From Synechococcus sp. (lineage in GTDB: Bacteria > Cyanobacteriota > Cyanobacteriia > Thermostichales > PCC-7336): a DNA stretch of 64,000 bases. Shown here one piece after another: positions 31,080 through 40,770 of this stretch (position 1 is the stretch's first letter; each line of letters begins with the position of its first letter). The stretch spans positions 33,031 through 97,030 of the forward strand of contig JBFRWD010000103.1 of the NCBI GenBank assembly GCA_051439425.1, written 5' to 3'. Below the pieces are notes generated by a model that saw only the letters and a program-made list of their open reading frames with translations, had not been told where the DNA came from and ran no database searches. The translations under genes were made by a program, and so were the position numbers.

Positions 31080-31721
31080 TTGTCCTTTCAACAATCATCA
31101 TTTGTAGGTTCGCGCTTCCTCATGGTTATCCCACTTGTGATGCGTCATTCGCCCCCCCTTTCACCCACAACCGTCAAACGATTGGTGTGTGGGGTGTCTG
31201 CGCTGAAATCGTTATACAGTCGCCATCGCTTCCACGTTTGTTTAGGTGGTGCGAAGACCGGTACAACACCGATCTCGCATATGTTCGAGCCTGACTTCAC
31301 GGCTGCTCACCAGCCCGAGACTCTGGCAACCGTTCGGCAGGCGATCGCCTATCTGAAGGGGCGCAGCGATTTGGCGATGGAGTGTTCGGCATTACTGGCT
31401 CGTGCTCGCCGTTTGTATCTGGAATTGGAATCCTCCCATCCGTTGGGGGACCTCAGCTACCGGCGAGTATTCTCGGCACTCCCCTGCGATCGTCGACGGG
31501 GGCCGCGCACCTGCAACCTGTCGCATTCTTCAAGGTCGATTTCCGAATTTGTGGGTGCCTCTGTCGATCGGTTGCAACTATCCTTTAGCAAGCGGTTTCC
31601 GAATAAAATCACCCTGCTAGAGCAGATGCCAGAGGCATTTGTGCGGACCAAAATTTGGCAGCATTGTCAGTCGATCGTGCGGCAGTACTTGCCAGAAACA
31701 GTCGAGCCCTACGCTTTCTAG
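31080..31721 (+). pseudogene. Degenerate, internally deleted sulfotransferase
   Basis: GGAKTGTT 5'-PAPS loop and AAHQPE, ELESSHPLG; no 3'-PB RxPxxxxxS motif; short. Confidence 0.55.
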
Positions 31722-31969
31722 TTTCAGTGGCTGGGCAAGGTTTCTTACAGTTTGTATCTCATTCATACTCCGATACTGGGAGCGGTATTTTTTGTGGGAT
31801 ATAAGTTGACCGGGCAATTCATTGCTACCGAACTCGGGTGATTGGGCGTAGGGATATCCGTTTGTTTGTGGATCGCAGCACTGACTTGGCGGTGGGTTGA
31901 GGTACCTGCTATGCCCTGGAGTCAGCAACTGAAACACACTTGGCACAAGCGCAGGAAGGAGAATTTTGC

Positions 31970-33286
31970 ATGAAGGTACTGATCACTGGGGCATCGGGAT
32001 TTCTGGGGGAATACGTAGTTGCGGAGGCGTTGCGCTGCGGCCACCAGGTGCGGGCTATGGTGCGATCGCGGGCCACTCTCGACCACAAGCGATCTCGTTT
32101 AGCGTGGGGACAGAACTCTGCGTTGAGGGTCAATCGTGCAGACGAGATGGCTGTTGATGGAGAAGGGGGATGTAAAGGCGACAATAGCGAGTTCGCGAAT
32201 ATTGATATAGCAAATGTCGATAGTCTCGGTGTTGATGGTCTCGGTGTCGATAGTCTCAGTGCCGATAGTTCTAGTGCTGACATTGCTGCTGTTGATATTG
32301 CGACTGTGGATTTGAGGACGGGGGATGGTCTTGCGGAGGCGCTGCAGGATATTGATGCGGTCATTCACCTTGCCGCGGCTAAATCTGGTGACTATTCCAC
32401 CCAGTTCGCCGATACCGTGACCGCCACCCAAACGCTATTGCGCGAGATGGAGAAGGCAGGAGTCAACCGCCTGATTGCAATTAGCAGTTTCTCGGTTTAC
32501 GACTACCTGCACCAGCCGGACGGTGCCCTGCTAGAAGAACAGGCACCGCTGGAGCGCCGACCTGCCAGCCGGGATGTGTATACCCAAGCCAAGCTGCAGC
32601 AGGAACATCTGGTGCGCCAATATCAAACTCGTTGTGGCGCTGCAGTGACCGTTCTGAGGCCGGGCATTATCTATGGGGCTGGGGCGCTGTGGCCTTGTCA
32701 TCTAGGAGTGACGTTGGGGGACAAGGTCTGCGTTCAAGTGGGAGGGATGGCTCGACTGCCTCTGACATACGTGGAGAACTGTGCGGAGGCGATTGTGAAC
32801 GCTCTGATATCGGAGCAAGCTATCGGACGAATCGTCAATGTTGTAGACGACGATCGCCCCACACAGCAGGATTTCATTCAGTGCCTGCGGAAGTTGCAGG
32901 CAGAGATGATAGCTCCTCAGACTCGGATGCCTGTGACGGTGACGGTGCCGTGGAAACTCATGCGGTACCTAGCTCGTGGTGCGTGGATGTGCGATCGCCT
33001 CCTAGGAGAGCGATTGCCGCTGCCGGGGATATTGATTCCGGCTCGCTTGCACGCTCGGTTTAAACCCTTGGATTACAGCAATCATTGGGCAAAAGCTGTG
33101 CTCAACTGGACTCCTCGCTACCCGTTACGGGAGGCGATGTCTCGTAGCTTGCTCGATCTCAGCCGCCATCAATTCCCCAAACGTCAGCCCCCATTTGACA
33201 GCCCCCAGTCTCTCAGCGCCCCCCCCGAGAGCGCTACTACACCTGGGAGGCCTATTCCCAAATCTGTTTCTATGAGAACGACTTGA
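31970..33286 (+). CDS. NAD-dependent epimerase/dehydratase (extended SDR) with low-complexity insertion
   Basis: TGASGFLG, IHLAA, ISSFSVY, YTQAK, LRPGIIYG, YVENCA. Confidence 0.88.
   Translation: MKVLITGASGFLGEYVVAEALRCGHQVRAMVRSRATLDHKRSRLAWGQNSALRVNRADEMAVDGEGGCKGDNSEFANIDIANVDSLGVDGLGVDSLSADSSSADIAAVDIATVDLRTGDGLAEALQDIDAVIHLAAAKSGDYSTQFADTVTATQTLLREMEKAGVNRLIAISSFSVYDYLHQPDGALLEEQAPLERRPASRDVYTQAKLQQEHLVRQYQTRCGAAVTVLRPGIIYGAGALWPCHLGVTLGDKVCVQVGGMARLPLTYVENCAEAIVNALISEQAIGRIVNVVDDDRPTQQDFIQCLRKLQAEMIAPQTRMPVTVTVPWKLMRYLARGAWMCDRLLGERLPLPGILIPARLHARFKPLDYSNHWAKAVLNWTPRYPLREAMSRSLLDLSRHQFPKRQPPFDSPQSLSAPPESATTPGRPIPKSVSMRTT
32201..32305 (+). repeat. Seven degenerate 15-bp tandem units in frame inside the epimerase
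   Basis: GTCGATAGTCTCGGT-like units encoding IDIAN VDSLG VDGLG VDSLS ADSSS ADIAA VDIAT. Confidence 0.8.
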
Positions 33287-33352
33287 GGGGCCAGCACATT
33301 TTTCAAATGCCTTACTCAACTCCACCCATCACGGCAATTGCCACGAGTGCTT

Positions 33353-34633
33353 ATGCGTCTTGCTTACCTCACTGGAGAATATCCCCGCGCCACTGACACG
33401 TTTATTCAGCGAGAAGTGGAGGGACTGCGGCAACTGGGTTCCACTGTGCTGACGTGTTCCATTCGTCCTACCGGATCGGAACATTGGGTGGGGCCCGAAC
33501 AGCGAGCGGAGCGGGAACGAACGTTTTATGTGTTGCCTGTTGCCCCCTGGAAGGTGCTGTGGATACATGTGGGGCTGGCGTTCGCCTACCCCCGGCGCTA
33601 CTTGAAGGCGTTTCGGTTGGCGCTCTCCACCTCTGCTCCAGGATTGCGAGCACTGCTCTACCAATTGTTCTATTTCCTGGAAGCAGGAGTACTGGCCCAA
33701 AAGCTACGGCAAGAGGCGATCGAGCACTTGCACAATCACATTGCCGAGTCCAGTTGCACGGTGGCGATGCTGGCGGCTGAGCTATCAGGTATTCCGTTTA
33801 GCTTCACGCTGCACGGCCCGTACATTTTCTATCATCCTGAGCGCTGGCGCTTGGATATCAAAATTGCCAAGGCGGCGTTTGTCTCGTGCATCAGTCACTT
33901 TTGCCGCAGCCAGGCCATGCTGTTTTCTGCCCCCGACCAATGGGACAAGCTACATATCGTGCATTGCGGCGTTGACCCAGGCATCTTTAGGAGCAAGCAA
34001 CACGTCGGGTCTGGCAGTCAATTGCTGTACGTGGGTCGATTGGCGGCAGCTAAGGGGTTGCCGATTTTGCTGCAAAGTATTGCCCGTCTCCAACCCACAC
34101 ATCCCGATCTGTCGCTGATGGTGGTGGGGGATGGCGGAGAACGCCCCGAGTTAGAAGCACTGGTGGAGCAGTTGGGAATTACTCGGCATGTGGAATTTGT
34201 GGGGTATCAGTCGCGGTCGGCGGTACGGGAGTATTTGCAACACAGCGATGCTCTGGTGCTGCCCAGCTTTGCAGAGGGGGTGCCGGTGGTGTTGATGGAG
34301 GCGATGGCAGCGGGGGTGCCGGTCGTCAGTACGCGCATTGCGGGGATTGCCGAGTTGGTGGAGGATGCTGTCAGCGGGTTCTTGGTGCCTCCAGGAGATG
34401 TGGTGTCTTTGGGCGATTGCATCGCTAAGTTGTTGAACGACGACCAGTTGCGGACCCGGTTTGGAGAGGCTGGTCGACTGAAGGTGATGGCTGAGTTCAA
34501 CATTGTGTCTGAAGTGCGCTGGCTGCACCGCATTTTGGAGCGTCACCATCAAGTGGGGCTGTACGGCGATCGGCAAACAGACTCAACGACTATTTCAGCT
34601 TTGCCTGCAATGCTGGAGACTCGCCCCACCTGA
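33353..34633 (+). CDS. GT4 glycosyltransferase (WcaL-like)
   Basis: TFIQRE, HLHNH, VGRLAAAKG, PSFAEGVPVVLMEAMA. Confidence 0.9.
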   Translation: MRLAYLTGEYPRATDTFIQREVEGLRQLGSTVLTCSIRPTGSEHWVGPEQRAERERTFYVLPVAPWKVLWIHVGLAFAYPRRYLKAFRLALSTSAPGLRALLYQLFYFLEAGVLAQKLRQEAIEHLHNHIAESSCTVAMLAAELSGIPFSFTLHGPYIFYHPERWRLDIKIAKAAFVSCISHFCRSQAMLFSAPDQWDKLHIVHCGVDPGIFRSKQHVGSGSQLLYVGRLAAAKGLPILLQSIARLQPTHPDLSLMVVGDGGERPELEALVEQLGITRHVEFVGYQSRSAVREYLQHSDALVLPSFAEGVPVVLMEAMAAGVPVVSTRIAGIAELVEDAVSGFLVPPGDVVSLGDCIAKLLNDDQLRTRFGEAGRLKVMAEFNIVSEVRWLHRILERHHQVGLYGDRQTDSTTISALPAMLETRPT

Positions 34634-34827
34634 ACCAACGTACTAGATATGCTTGGGGCCTCTCTCAAAATTCATAGCTCAGCAGTTGGGATAAATACTA
34701 GCAACGCGTTCGATGCGTTCATCGGTGTCGTAACTTCGACAATTCTGTTCCCGAAATGAGACGTTGCGGGCGACCACTTGATTCGGTTGTAGACCCAAAA
34801 GTTGATGCAACAATACATTTAGCCATT

Positions 34828-34921
34828 TATAGTGTTTGCCATTTCAGTTAGGACAAACGTTTCAATTGCAGGCAGGGCTGGTCATAGCTGAAATGTCCGA
34901 ATTGGTATGACCACTGCTATA
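34828..34921 (+). repeat. Dispersed about 95-bp element, family A, copy 4
   Basis: TATAGTGTTTGCCATTTCAGTTAGGACA...TGTCCGAATTGGTATGACCACTGCTATA. Confidence 0.88.
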
Positions 34922-35215
34922 GTCGCTCTTCTACTTTGCTGGAAAGATTACTAAGTATAGCTCTAATAAATTTAAGCTCTATCTTATACAGGATTGGAAT
35001 TCAATTATAGCGATCGTTACTATTGATTCACCCGCGCTAAATTCAACTTCGAATGTTTACCAATGAGCGTTCGTCCAATTTAAATATTTGCAAAGAGAGA
35101 ATTAAAAGTACCTGTAGCAAGAGAGATGCTAAAAACTACTAGCTTAGATTAAGAATTGGTTTCGCAGATGTAGAACTCGATCACCTAGATTTCTGGGACC
35201 ATATTTTTCAAAGGA

Positions 35216-36259
35216 TTGCTCGTAGAATCTTACAGGAGTAATGGCATGGATGGTGATGAAGGCAGATATGCGATTGTTGGGGGAAATGGACGGTCGGGAT
35301 CGAACTGGGTTCTTCAACTATTCGATGCAAGCCCAGAGACACATTGTCGCTCGGAGCCGGTATTTCTTAAGGGGTCTCCCTTTCAGAAAATCCGACCTCA
35401 TTTGTATAGTTTGCTTGACGAAGACGTAGATGTCGTCAGCAATCAATGGTCAGAGCTTGTCACTTGGGCAAGCGGACATGCAGGCATTCGAGATCATCCC
35501 GTCGTATCTCAAAAAAATCATGTTCACTCATTAGCAGTTTTGCTAGGTTTAGCGCAGGTTCCATACCGGCCCACTGCTCGACGTGCTTTGGCTACAGTGC
35601 TACCTCGCTTCCAGGTTGACGAATTTGTACTACCGTGGTGGATCTGGCGAAGTAAGAAGGTTAAAGATGCCTTCCTTGTTCTAAAATTTCATTTCTTGGC
35701 ACATCATGCAGAGCCAATTCTTACAGCAGACGAAAAAGCCAGATTCGTCCATAATGTTCGTCATCCAGGAGGATATATTAATTCGCTATCACGACGTTTT
35801 TTTAGTCGACTTGACGAAAGTACGAAGAATAAATGGTGCTCCGAGACAATCGAACAACTTACACGGCTCTTAGCTCGTAATGTGAAGCGAGCAAAACTTG
35901 TCCCTAATCCTAAGTCTCTCGATCATATCGAGGCAGCACTATGGTTATGGCGTTTCACGAATGAGGACTTGCTAAGTAGTTGTCGCAGTAAAACGAACTA
36001 TAAGCTCCTTGTATATGAGGATGCTATTTTGGACCCAATTTTAAGTGCTAGAGAGCTCTACGAGTTTTGCGATCTCGAATGGTCGAAAAAGATTGAGCAT
36101 CAGCTTTATAAAAAAAGTACATGGTCTGTATTCGATGGACAACTAAACAATTCAGCAGACAGAAGTTCTCTCTGGAAACAACAGCTTCAACCCTCTTCAA
36201 TCTCTACGGTCGAGAAAGTTCTTGAGGGAAGTTCGCTTCAATATCTTTGGAAAAAATGA
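35216..36259 (+). CDS. Sulfotransferase (AT-rich gene)
   Basis: GNGRSGSNW 5'-PSB loop, SEP, VRHPGGYINS 3'-PB, VYED, WKQQL; start may be ATG 35246. Confidence 0.8.
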   Translation: MLVESYRSNGMDGDEGRYAIVGGNGRSGSNWVLQLFDASPETHCRSEPVFLKGSPFQKIRPHLYSLLDEDVDVVSNQWSELVTWASGHAGIRDHPVVSQKNHVHSLAVLLGLAQVPYRPTARRALATVLPRFQVDEFVLPWWIWRSKKVKDAFLVLKFHFLAHHAEPILTADEKARFVHNVRHPGGYINSLSRRFFSRLDESTKNKWCSETIEQLTRLLARNVKRAKLVPNPKSLDHIEAALWLWRFTNEDLLSSCRSKTNYKLLVYEDAILDPILSARELYEFCDLEWSKKIEHQLYKKSTWSVFDGQLNNSADRSSLWKQQLQPSSISTVEKVLEGSSLQYLWKK

Positions 36260-36271
36260 GATGACCTACTA

Positions 36272-36671
36272 AATGAGCAGCAGCTTGTACTCTTCATCGA
36301 CCGCACTTTCTCGCCCGGCTTTGCTATTCATTCAATTGCGGCTGTGTTTCTTGTCTTTAGCTTACGTGTTCAGGCAAGCGATGCGTCAATTCGTTCTCGT
36401 AAAAAGTGACATGTCTAAGGCTCAGGGGTGGACCATTCGCAATCAGCTCGATCAAACTGGGGCAGGGTACGAGTCACGGCACGGCGCATTCACATAGCGA
36501 TCGTTCTCACTTTCGGTTCGAGATTTGTTTACTTTGGCCCATCAGCGCTTGGAGATTGCCGATGCTGGATAGCTTGGTCCACAGTCACCCTTCAATTGAA
36601 GACAGCTTTCCTCGCGGGAGCCCCATCCACCTCCCTATACTCAGCCTTTCAGGCTTTGTGAGAAATGCAGG
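36272..36671 (+). mobile_element. IS1380-family remnant (frameshifted transposase C-terminus plus putative right end)
   Basis: EQQLVLFIDRT / QLRLCFLSLAYV..KAQGWTIR / RVRVTARRIHIA in shifting frames; ends GTGAGAAATGCAGG, resembling IS1380 terminal repeats as I recall them. Confidence 0.7.
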
Positions 36672-37014
36672 ACATGCAGTTGACCGAATGTAAGCATATG
36701 GCTTGCTGAAAAACAGGCTTTACGTCTAATTGTGCTCAAAAGCTAACGAATATTGTCTTTGTTTGACAAAACGGCTCGCGAACGATTGCGTGCCGACGGC
36801 CTAGCTAGAGTTTAGGTATTTTCGTACCTTTAAGGACAGTGTCAGTAGAATGAATTTGTTCTGAAGACTTACCTGCTTTTTTACCTGACGGGAATAAGGG
36901 TAGCGATCGCGACCCCTCTCTGCAAAGTATGCGTGATTGACTGTGCCTGTTGAACAGGTCGCGCAATTAAAACTTACTTAAATATCTACTGATGAATGTA
37001 CAAAAAGCAGACTC

Positions 37015-37057
37015 TGTAGCGTTACATACTGACGACTACATTTGTCGAGAATACGAT
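37015..37057 (+). promoter_or_regulatory. NtcA-activated-type promoter upstream of wzc
   Basis: GTA-GCGTTACA-TAC (37016-37029), 22 nt spacer, TACGAT (37052-37057). Confidence 0.6.
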
Positions 37058-37282
37058 GTCGAATTAAGAAGTTGAAATCGAAAATTGACGAGCTCTTTCC
37101 ATCTAAAAAAAACGTGAAGACATGTCTTCAAAGCTGGTTCGCAAGCTTAGATTTGCACTGACTGGACTGTGTTTGGATGACTCGTTTAATGGCCTCTATA
37201 TTCTCTTGACATAGCGTCAACCTGCTTCTGAATTGACAATATTTGTTCTGCAAACTTTACACGACCTGGAGGCCTATTCATT

Positions 37283-39622
37283 GTGTCGATCTACGATCGC
37301 TCCGCTCCATCTAGGCATGTTCCTGCTCTACACGATCCATCTAGATCGGATCCATCTAGATCTACTGATGGTCGACCTCAGCCCCGCGTTAAATACGGTA
37401 ACCCAGCGCAGATGGAGAGGCAGGCAGCTGTCGACTTCATAGACTTGCAAGATTATTGGCTGGTGTTGCGTCGTCGGTGGAAGCCAGCGCTGCTGATTCT
37501 TTTGGCGTTGCCATCGCTAGCGGCTGTGTATGTCTTGTTGAAGGTGCCCGTTTACGAAGCAGAAGGGCGGTTGTTGGTGGAAGTCGATCGGGCCACCTCC
37601 CTGACTGGTTTGGGGGAAGAACTAGGGACGATTGAGACGCTGGGTGTGCAAAACAATCCCGCTGACACTCAGGTTGAGATTTTGAGATCGCTGGAAGTCG
37701 TCCAAGACACCATCATAGAAATGGGGTTGCGTACCGATGCGGGAGAGCCTCTGTCTTACACGCTGTTTGCCCAAAACCTGAGTACGGAATCTTTGATGGG
37801 GACAGATGTCCTGTCGGTGAAATTCCGTAATTCTGATCCGGAAAAGGCCGCTGCGGTGGTCAATACCTTGATGGAGGTTTATCTCCGCACCAGCGTGCGT
37901 GCCAACCAAAGGGCAGCCCAAGCGGCCAGCCAATTTATTGAAGCGGAGTTGCCCCGCAGCGAAGCCACCGTTGCTGAAGCTGAAGAAGCCTTACGGGCAT
38001 TTAAAACCGAGCACGGCATTGTCAACCTGACTGATGAAGCAACAACAACTGTTGCCGATCTGTCTGCCTTGCAAAACCAGCTGGCCCAATTGCAAGTCCA
38101 GCTAGCATCCACAACTCGCCAGACAGAATCGCTGCAGTCCGAGCTGGGATTGTCTTACGACAACGCGTTGGCAGTGGTTGAGTTGGCTCAGTCACCAGGG
38201 GTGAACGAGGCGATCTCCCAGCTTCAGCAGGCCCAGACCACTTTGGCTACCGAGCGGGTGCGATTTCGCCAAGGCAATCCAGTCATCGATCGTCTAGAGG
38301 CGGAAGTATCGCAGCTGGAGGACGTTTTAGCACAACGGGTAGCTGCTACACAGGTCTTGGGGAGTTTGTCCTCAGCCGCCGTTGGCTCGTTGCAGATTAG
38401 CGAGCTGCAGGTGGGGCTGATCGGAGAGTTTATTCGCGCCGAGCTAGAGCGGCAATCGCTGAGCACCCAAATTGACGCAGTGGCTGTGGTCTTGGAGGAG
38501 CGACGCAATCGAGCAAACTTGCTGCCCGAATTGCAACGCTCCGAACGGGAGCTAGAGCGTCGTCTGCTGGCAGCAAATACCACCTACGAAACATTGCTCG
38601 GGCGGCAGCGGGAGGTGGAGGCAGCGGAGAACCAGGCCATTGGCAATGCTCGTATTATTTCTCAGGCGATTCCGCCCATTTACGCCGAAGCCACAAAGGG
38701 GAAGCTTTTGGTGGCGGCAGCCACGGTAGCAGGAGGGATTTTGGCGGTGGCGGCTGCGTTTGCCCTTGATTTGCTGGACCCCTCGGTTAAGTCCACTCGC
38801 GATGTGCGTAAACTTTTGCCCTATCAAGCGGTGGCACACATTCCCAACTTGAGCGGCGATCGCCCTTCCTCTTGGCGACAGTTATCCAGCGAGACTGGCG
38901 GGCAGCGGGCAATTCCTCCCGCCAAGCAGCAGGTGGCTAGGGCGGCATTCAATGTCCTACAAACCAATCTCAATTACTCATCCCTACACGAGCGCACCCC
39001 GCAGGCGATCGCGGTGTCCAGCGCTCGTCCGCAAGAGGGTAAAACGACAGTTGCTGCCAATTTGGCCACCACAATGGCGCTGCATAATTACCGCACCTTA
39101 CTGATTGACGGAGATTTGTACCGTCCCAAGCAACATGAGATTTGGACGATCGATCGTCAGCTTGGCTTGGTTGGATTGCTGAATGGGGTGACAACCGTTT
39201 CGCAGGCCATTCACCCCGTACGGGCAAACCTCGATGTGATGGCTATCGGTGCCCCAGAGGACGGTATGCCACCGTCCATTGACTACCGAAAACTGAGGAC
39301 GATTGTGGCTATTTTACGCCGACAGTACGACCGGATTATTTTCGATAGTCCACCCCTGTTGGGGGCGTCAGATGCGGCAATTTTGGCCGATATTGCCGAT
39401 GGCCTGTTAATGGTTGCGCGCCCCAGTTTGCTGGATGTGAACGGAGCCCTCACGGCCAATGACCTGCTGTTGCGGTCTGGCATCGGAGTGTTGGGGCTGG
39501 TGATTAATGACATCAGTTCGGGGGATAGTGTTCTCCATCCCTACGCCGATTACGCCCGCACCCCTGCTCACTCCAGTGGGGGGCGCACATCACACGTGCG
39601 CCAGCTCCAGCCTCACTTGTGA
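37283..39622 (+). CDS. wzc: Polysaccharide co-polymerase / BY-kinase (Wzc/GumC)
   Basis: LRRRW + TM + PVYEA, long coiled coil, second TM, Walker A PQEGKTT, IDGDL, IIFDSPP. Confidence 0.92.
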   Translation: MSIYDRSAPSRHVPALHDPSRSDPSRSTDGRPQPRVKYGNPAQMERQAAVDFIDLQDYWLVLRRRWKPALLILLALPSLAAVYVLLKVPVYEAEGRLLVEVDRATSLTGLGEELGTIETLGVQNNPADTQVEILRSLEVVQDTIIEMGLRTDAGEPLSYTLFAQNLSTESLMGTDVLSVKFRNSDPEKAAAVVNTLMEVYLRTSVRANQRAAQAASQFIEAELPRSEATVAEAEEALRAFKTEHGIVNLTDEATTTVADLSALQNQLAQLQVQLASTTRQTESLQSELGLSYDNALAVVELAQSPGVNEAISQLQQAQTTLATERVRFRQGNPVIDRLEAEVSQLEDVLAQRVAATQVLGSLSSAAVGSLQISELQVGLIGEFIRAELERQSLSTQIDAVAVVLEERRNRANLLPELQRSERELERRLLAANTTYETLLGRQREVEAAENQAIGNARIISQAIPPIYAEATKGKLLVAAATVAGGILAVAAAFALDLLDPSVKSTRDVRKLLPYQAVAHIPNLSGDRPSSWRQLSSETGGQRAIPPAKQQVARAAFNVLQTNLNYSSLHERTPQAIAVSSARPQEGKTTVAANLATTMALHNYRTLLIDGDLYRPKQHEIWTIDRQLGLVGLLNGVTTVSQAIHPVRANLDVMAIGAPEDGMPPSIDYRKLRTIVAILRRQYDRIIFDSPPLLGASDAAILADIADGLLMVARPSLLDVNGALTANDLLLRSGIGVLGLVINDISSGDSVLHPYADYARTPAHSSGGRTSHVRQLQPHL

Positions 39623-39775
39623 TGCCCGATACAGGTGCTGACTGCCGAACTGGGTGCATGGAGTCAGCGATCGCTCTTCAATCTGTGCTGCTATTCCTGG
39701 ACTCCTTTTATTCCCATCCTGCTTTTCCCTCCGCGACTGTAAAGTACTCCTCCTGTCCCTTTTTCTTCGCCTGTT

Positions 39776-40678
39776 ATGACTCTGCCAAATTTTTTCATTG
39801 TGGGTGCGGCGAAATCAGGCACATCTTCTCTGTACAAGTACCTGGCTAGCCATCCGTCGATTTACATGAGCCCCATCAAAGAACCCCGGTTTTTTGCGTT
39901 TGAAAATCAGTCGCTGTCGTTTGCTGGCCCCAATGGCGATGCTATTAACGCCAGTACGATTACGTCTTTGGCCGATTACCAAAACTTGTTTGCTGGAGTA
40001 ACTGACGAAGTGGCGATCGGGGAGGCATCAACGGCCTATCTCGCTGTTCCCGAATCCGCAGAGCGCATCCACAAGTATGCTCCCGACGCCAAGATTATTG
40101 CCATCCTGCGACATCCTGCCGATCGGGCCTATTCCAGTTACTTGCACCTCAAGCGAGACAACTACGAGCCTTACTCCGATTTCAGTCAGGCACTGCAAAA
40201 AGAATCGCACCGGCGAGCCCAAAACTGGGAATTTTTGTGGCGATACAAAGAGCTAGGGTTTTATTTCGAGCAACTGAAGCGATATTACGCCCGCTTCGAT
40301 CGCGATCGCATTCGCGTGTATCTCTACGACGATTTGTGTGCCGATTCAACCGGCCTACTTAAAGGGATTTGTCAATTTCTTGGGGTGAACGAGCTGCGGC
40401 CTGAAGCGATTACCGGGCGTAACAACGCGTCGGGAATTCCTAAGAATCGCGGGGTCTATGACTACCTGGTTAAGGAGAACGACCCGATTAAAAATATCGT
40501 CAAAACGTTTCTGCCAGAGTCCATTCGCCGCCCAATTGTGAACCGTCTCATCCAGCTCAGTTTGCACAAACCCCAGTTGTCGCCCCAATTGCGTCACCAA
40601 CTGACTCAAGACTACCGGGATGACATCCTCCAGGTACAAGACCTGATTCAACGGGACTTGAGCCACTGGCTGACGTGA
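39776..40678 (+). CDS. Sulfotransferase
   Basis: PNFFIVGAAKSGTSSL, KEPRFF, GEASTAY, LRHPADRAYS. Confidence 0.93.
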   Translation: MTLPNFFIVGAAKSGTSSLYKYLASHPSIYMSPIKEPRFFAFENQSLSFAGPNGDAINASTITSLADYQNLFAGVTDEVAIGEASTAYLAVPESAERIHKYAPDAKIIAILRHPADRAYSSYLHLKRDNYEPYSDFSQALQKESHRRAQNWEFLWRYKELGFYFEQLKRYYARFDRDRIRVYLYDDLCADSTGLLKGICQFLGVNELRPEAITGRNNASGIPKNRGVYDYLVKENDPIKNIVKTFLPESIRRPIVNRLIQLSLHKPQLSPQLRHQLTQDYRDDILQVQDLIQRDLSHWLT

Positions 40679-40770
40679 CCATGCTACTGACGAGATCGGC
40701 TGGAAGTGCCCTTGATGAACTGTTCGAGATAGTTGCTGTTCGAGATGACTTGGTGGTGTGAGAGGTCCCA

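Noticed and set aside
35007..36505. 12-bp direct repeat ATAGCGATCGTT flanking the AT-rich sulfotransferase
   Set aside because: Built on a HIP1-like core that is very common here, and the second copy lies inside the IS remnant
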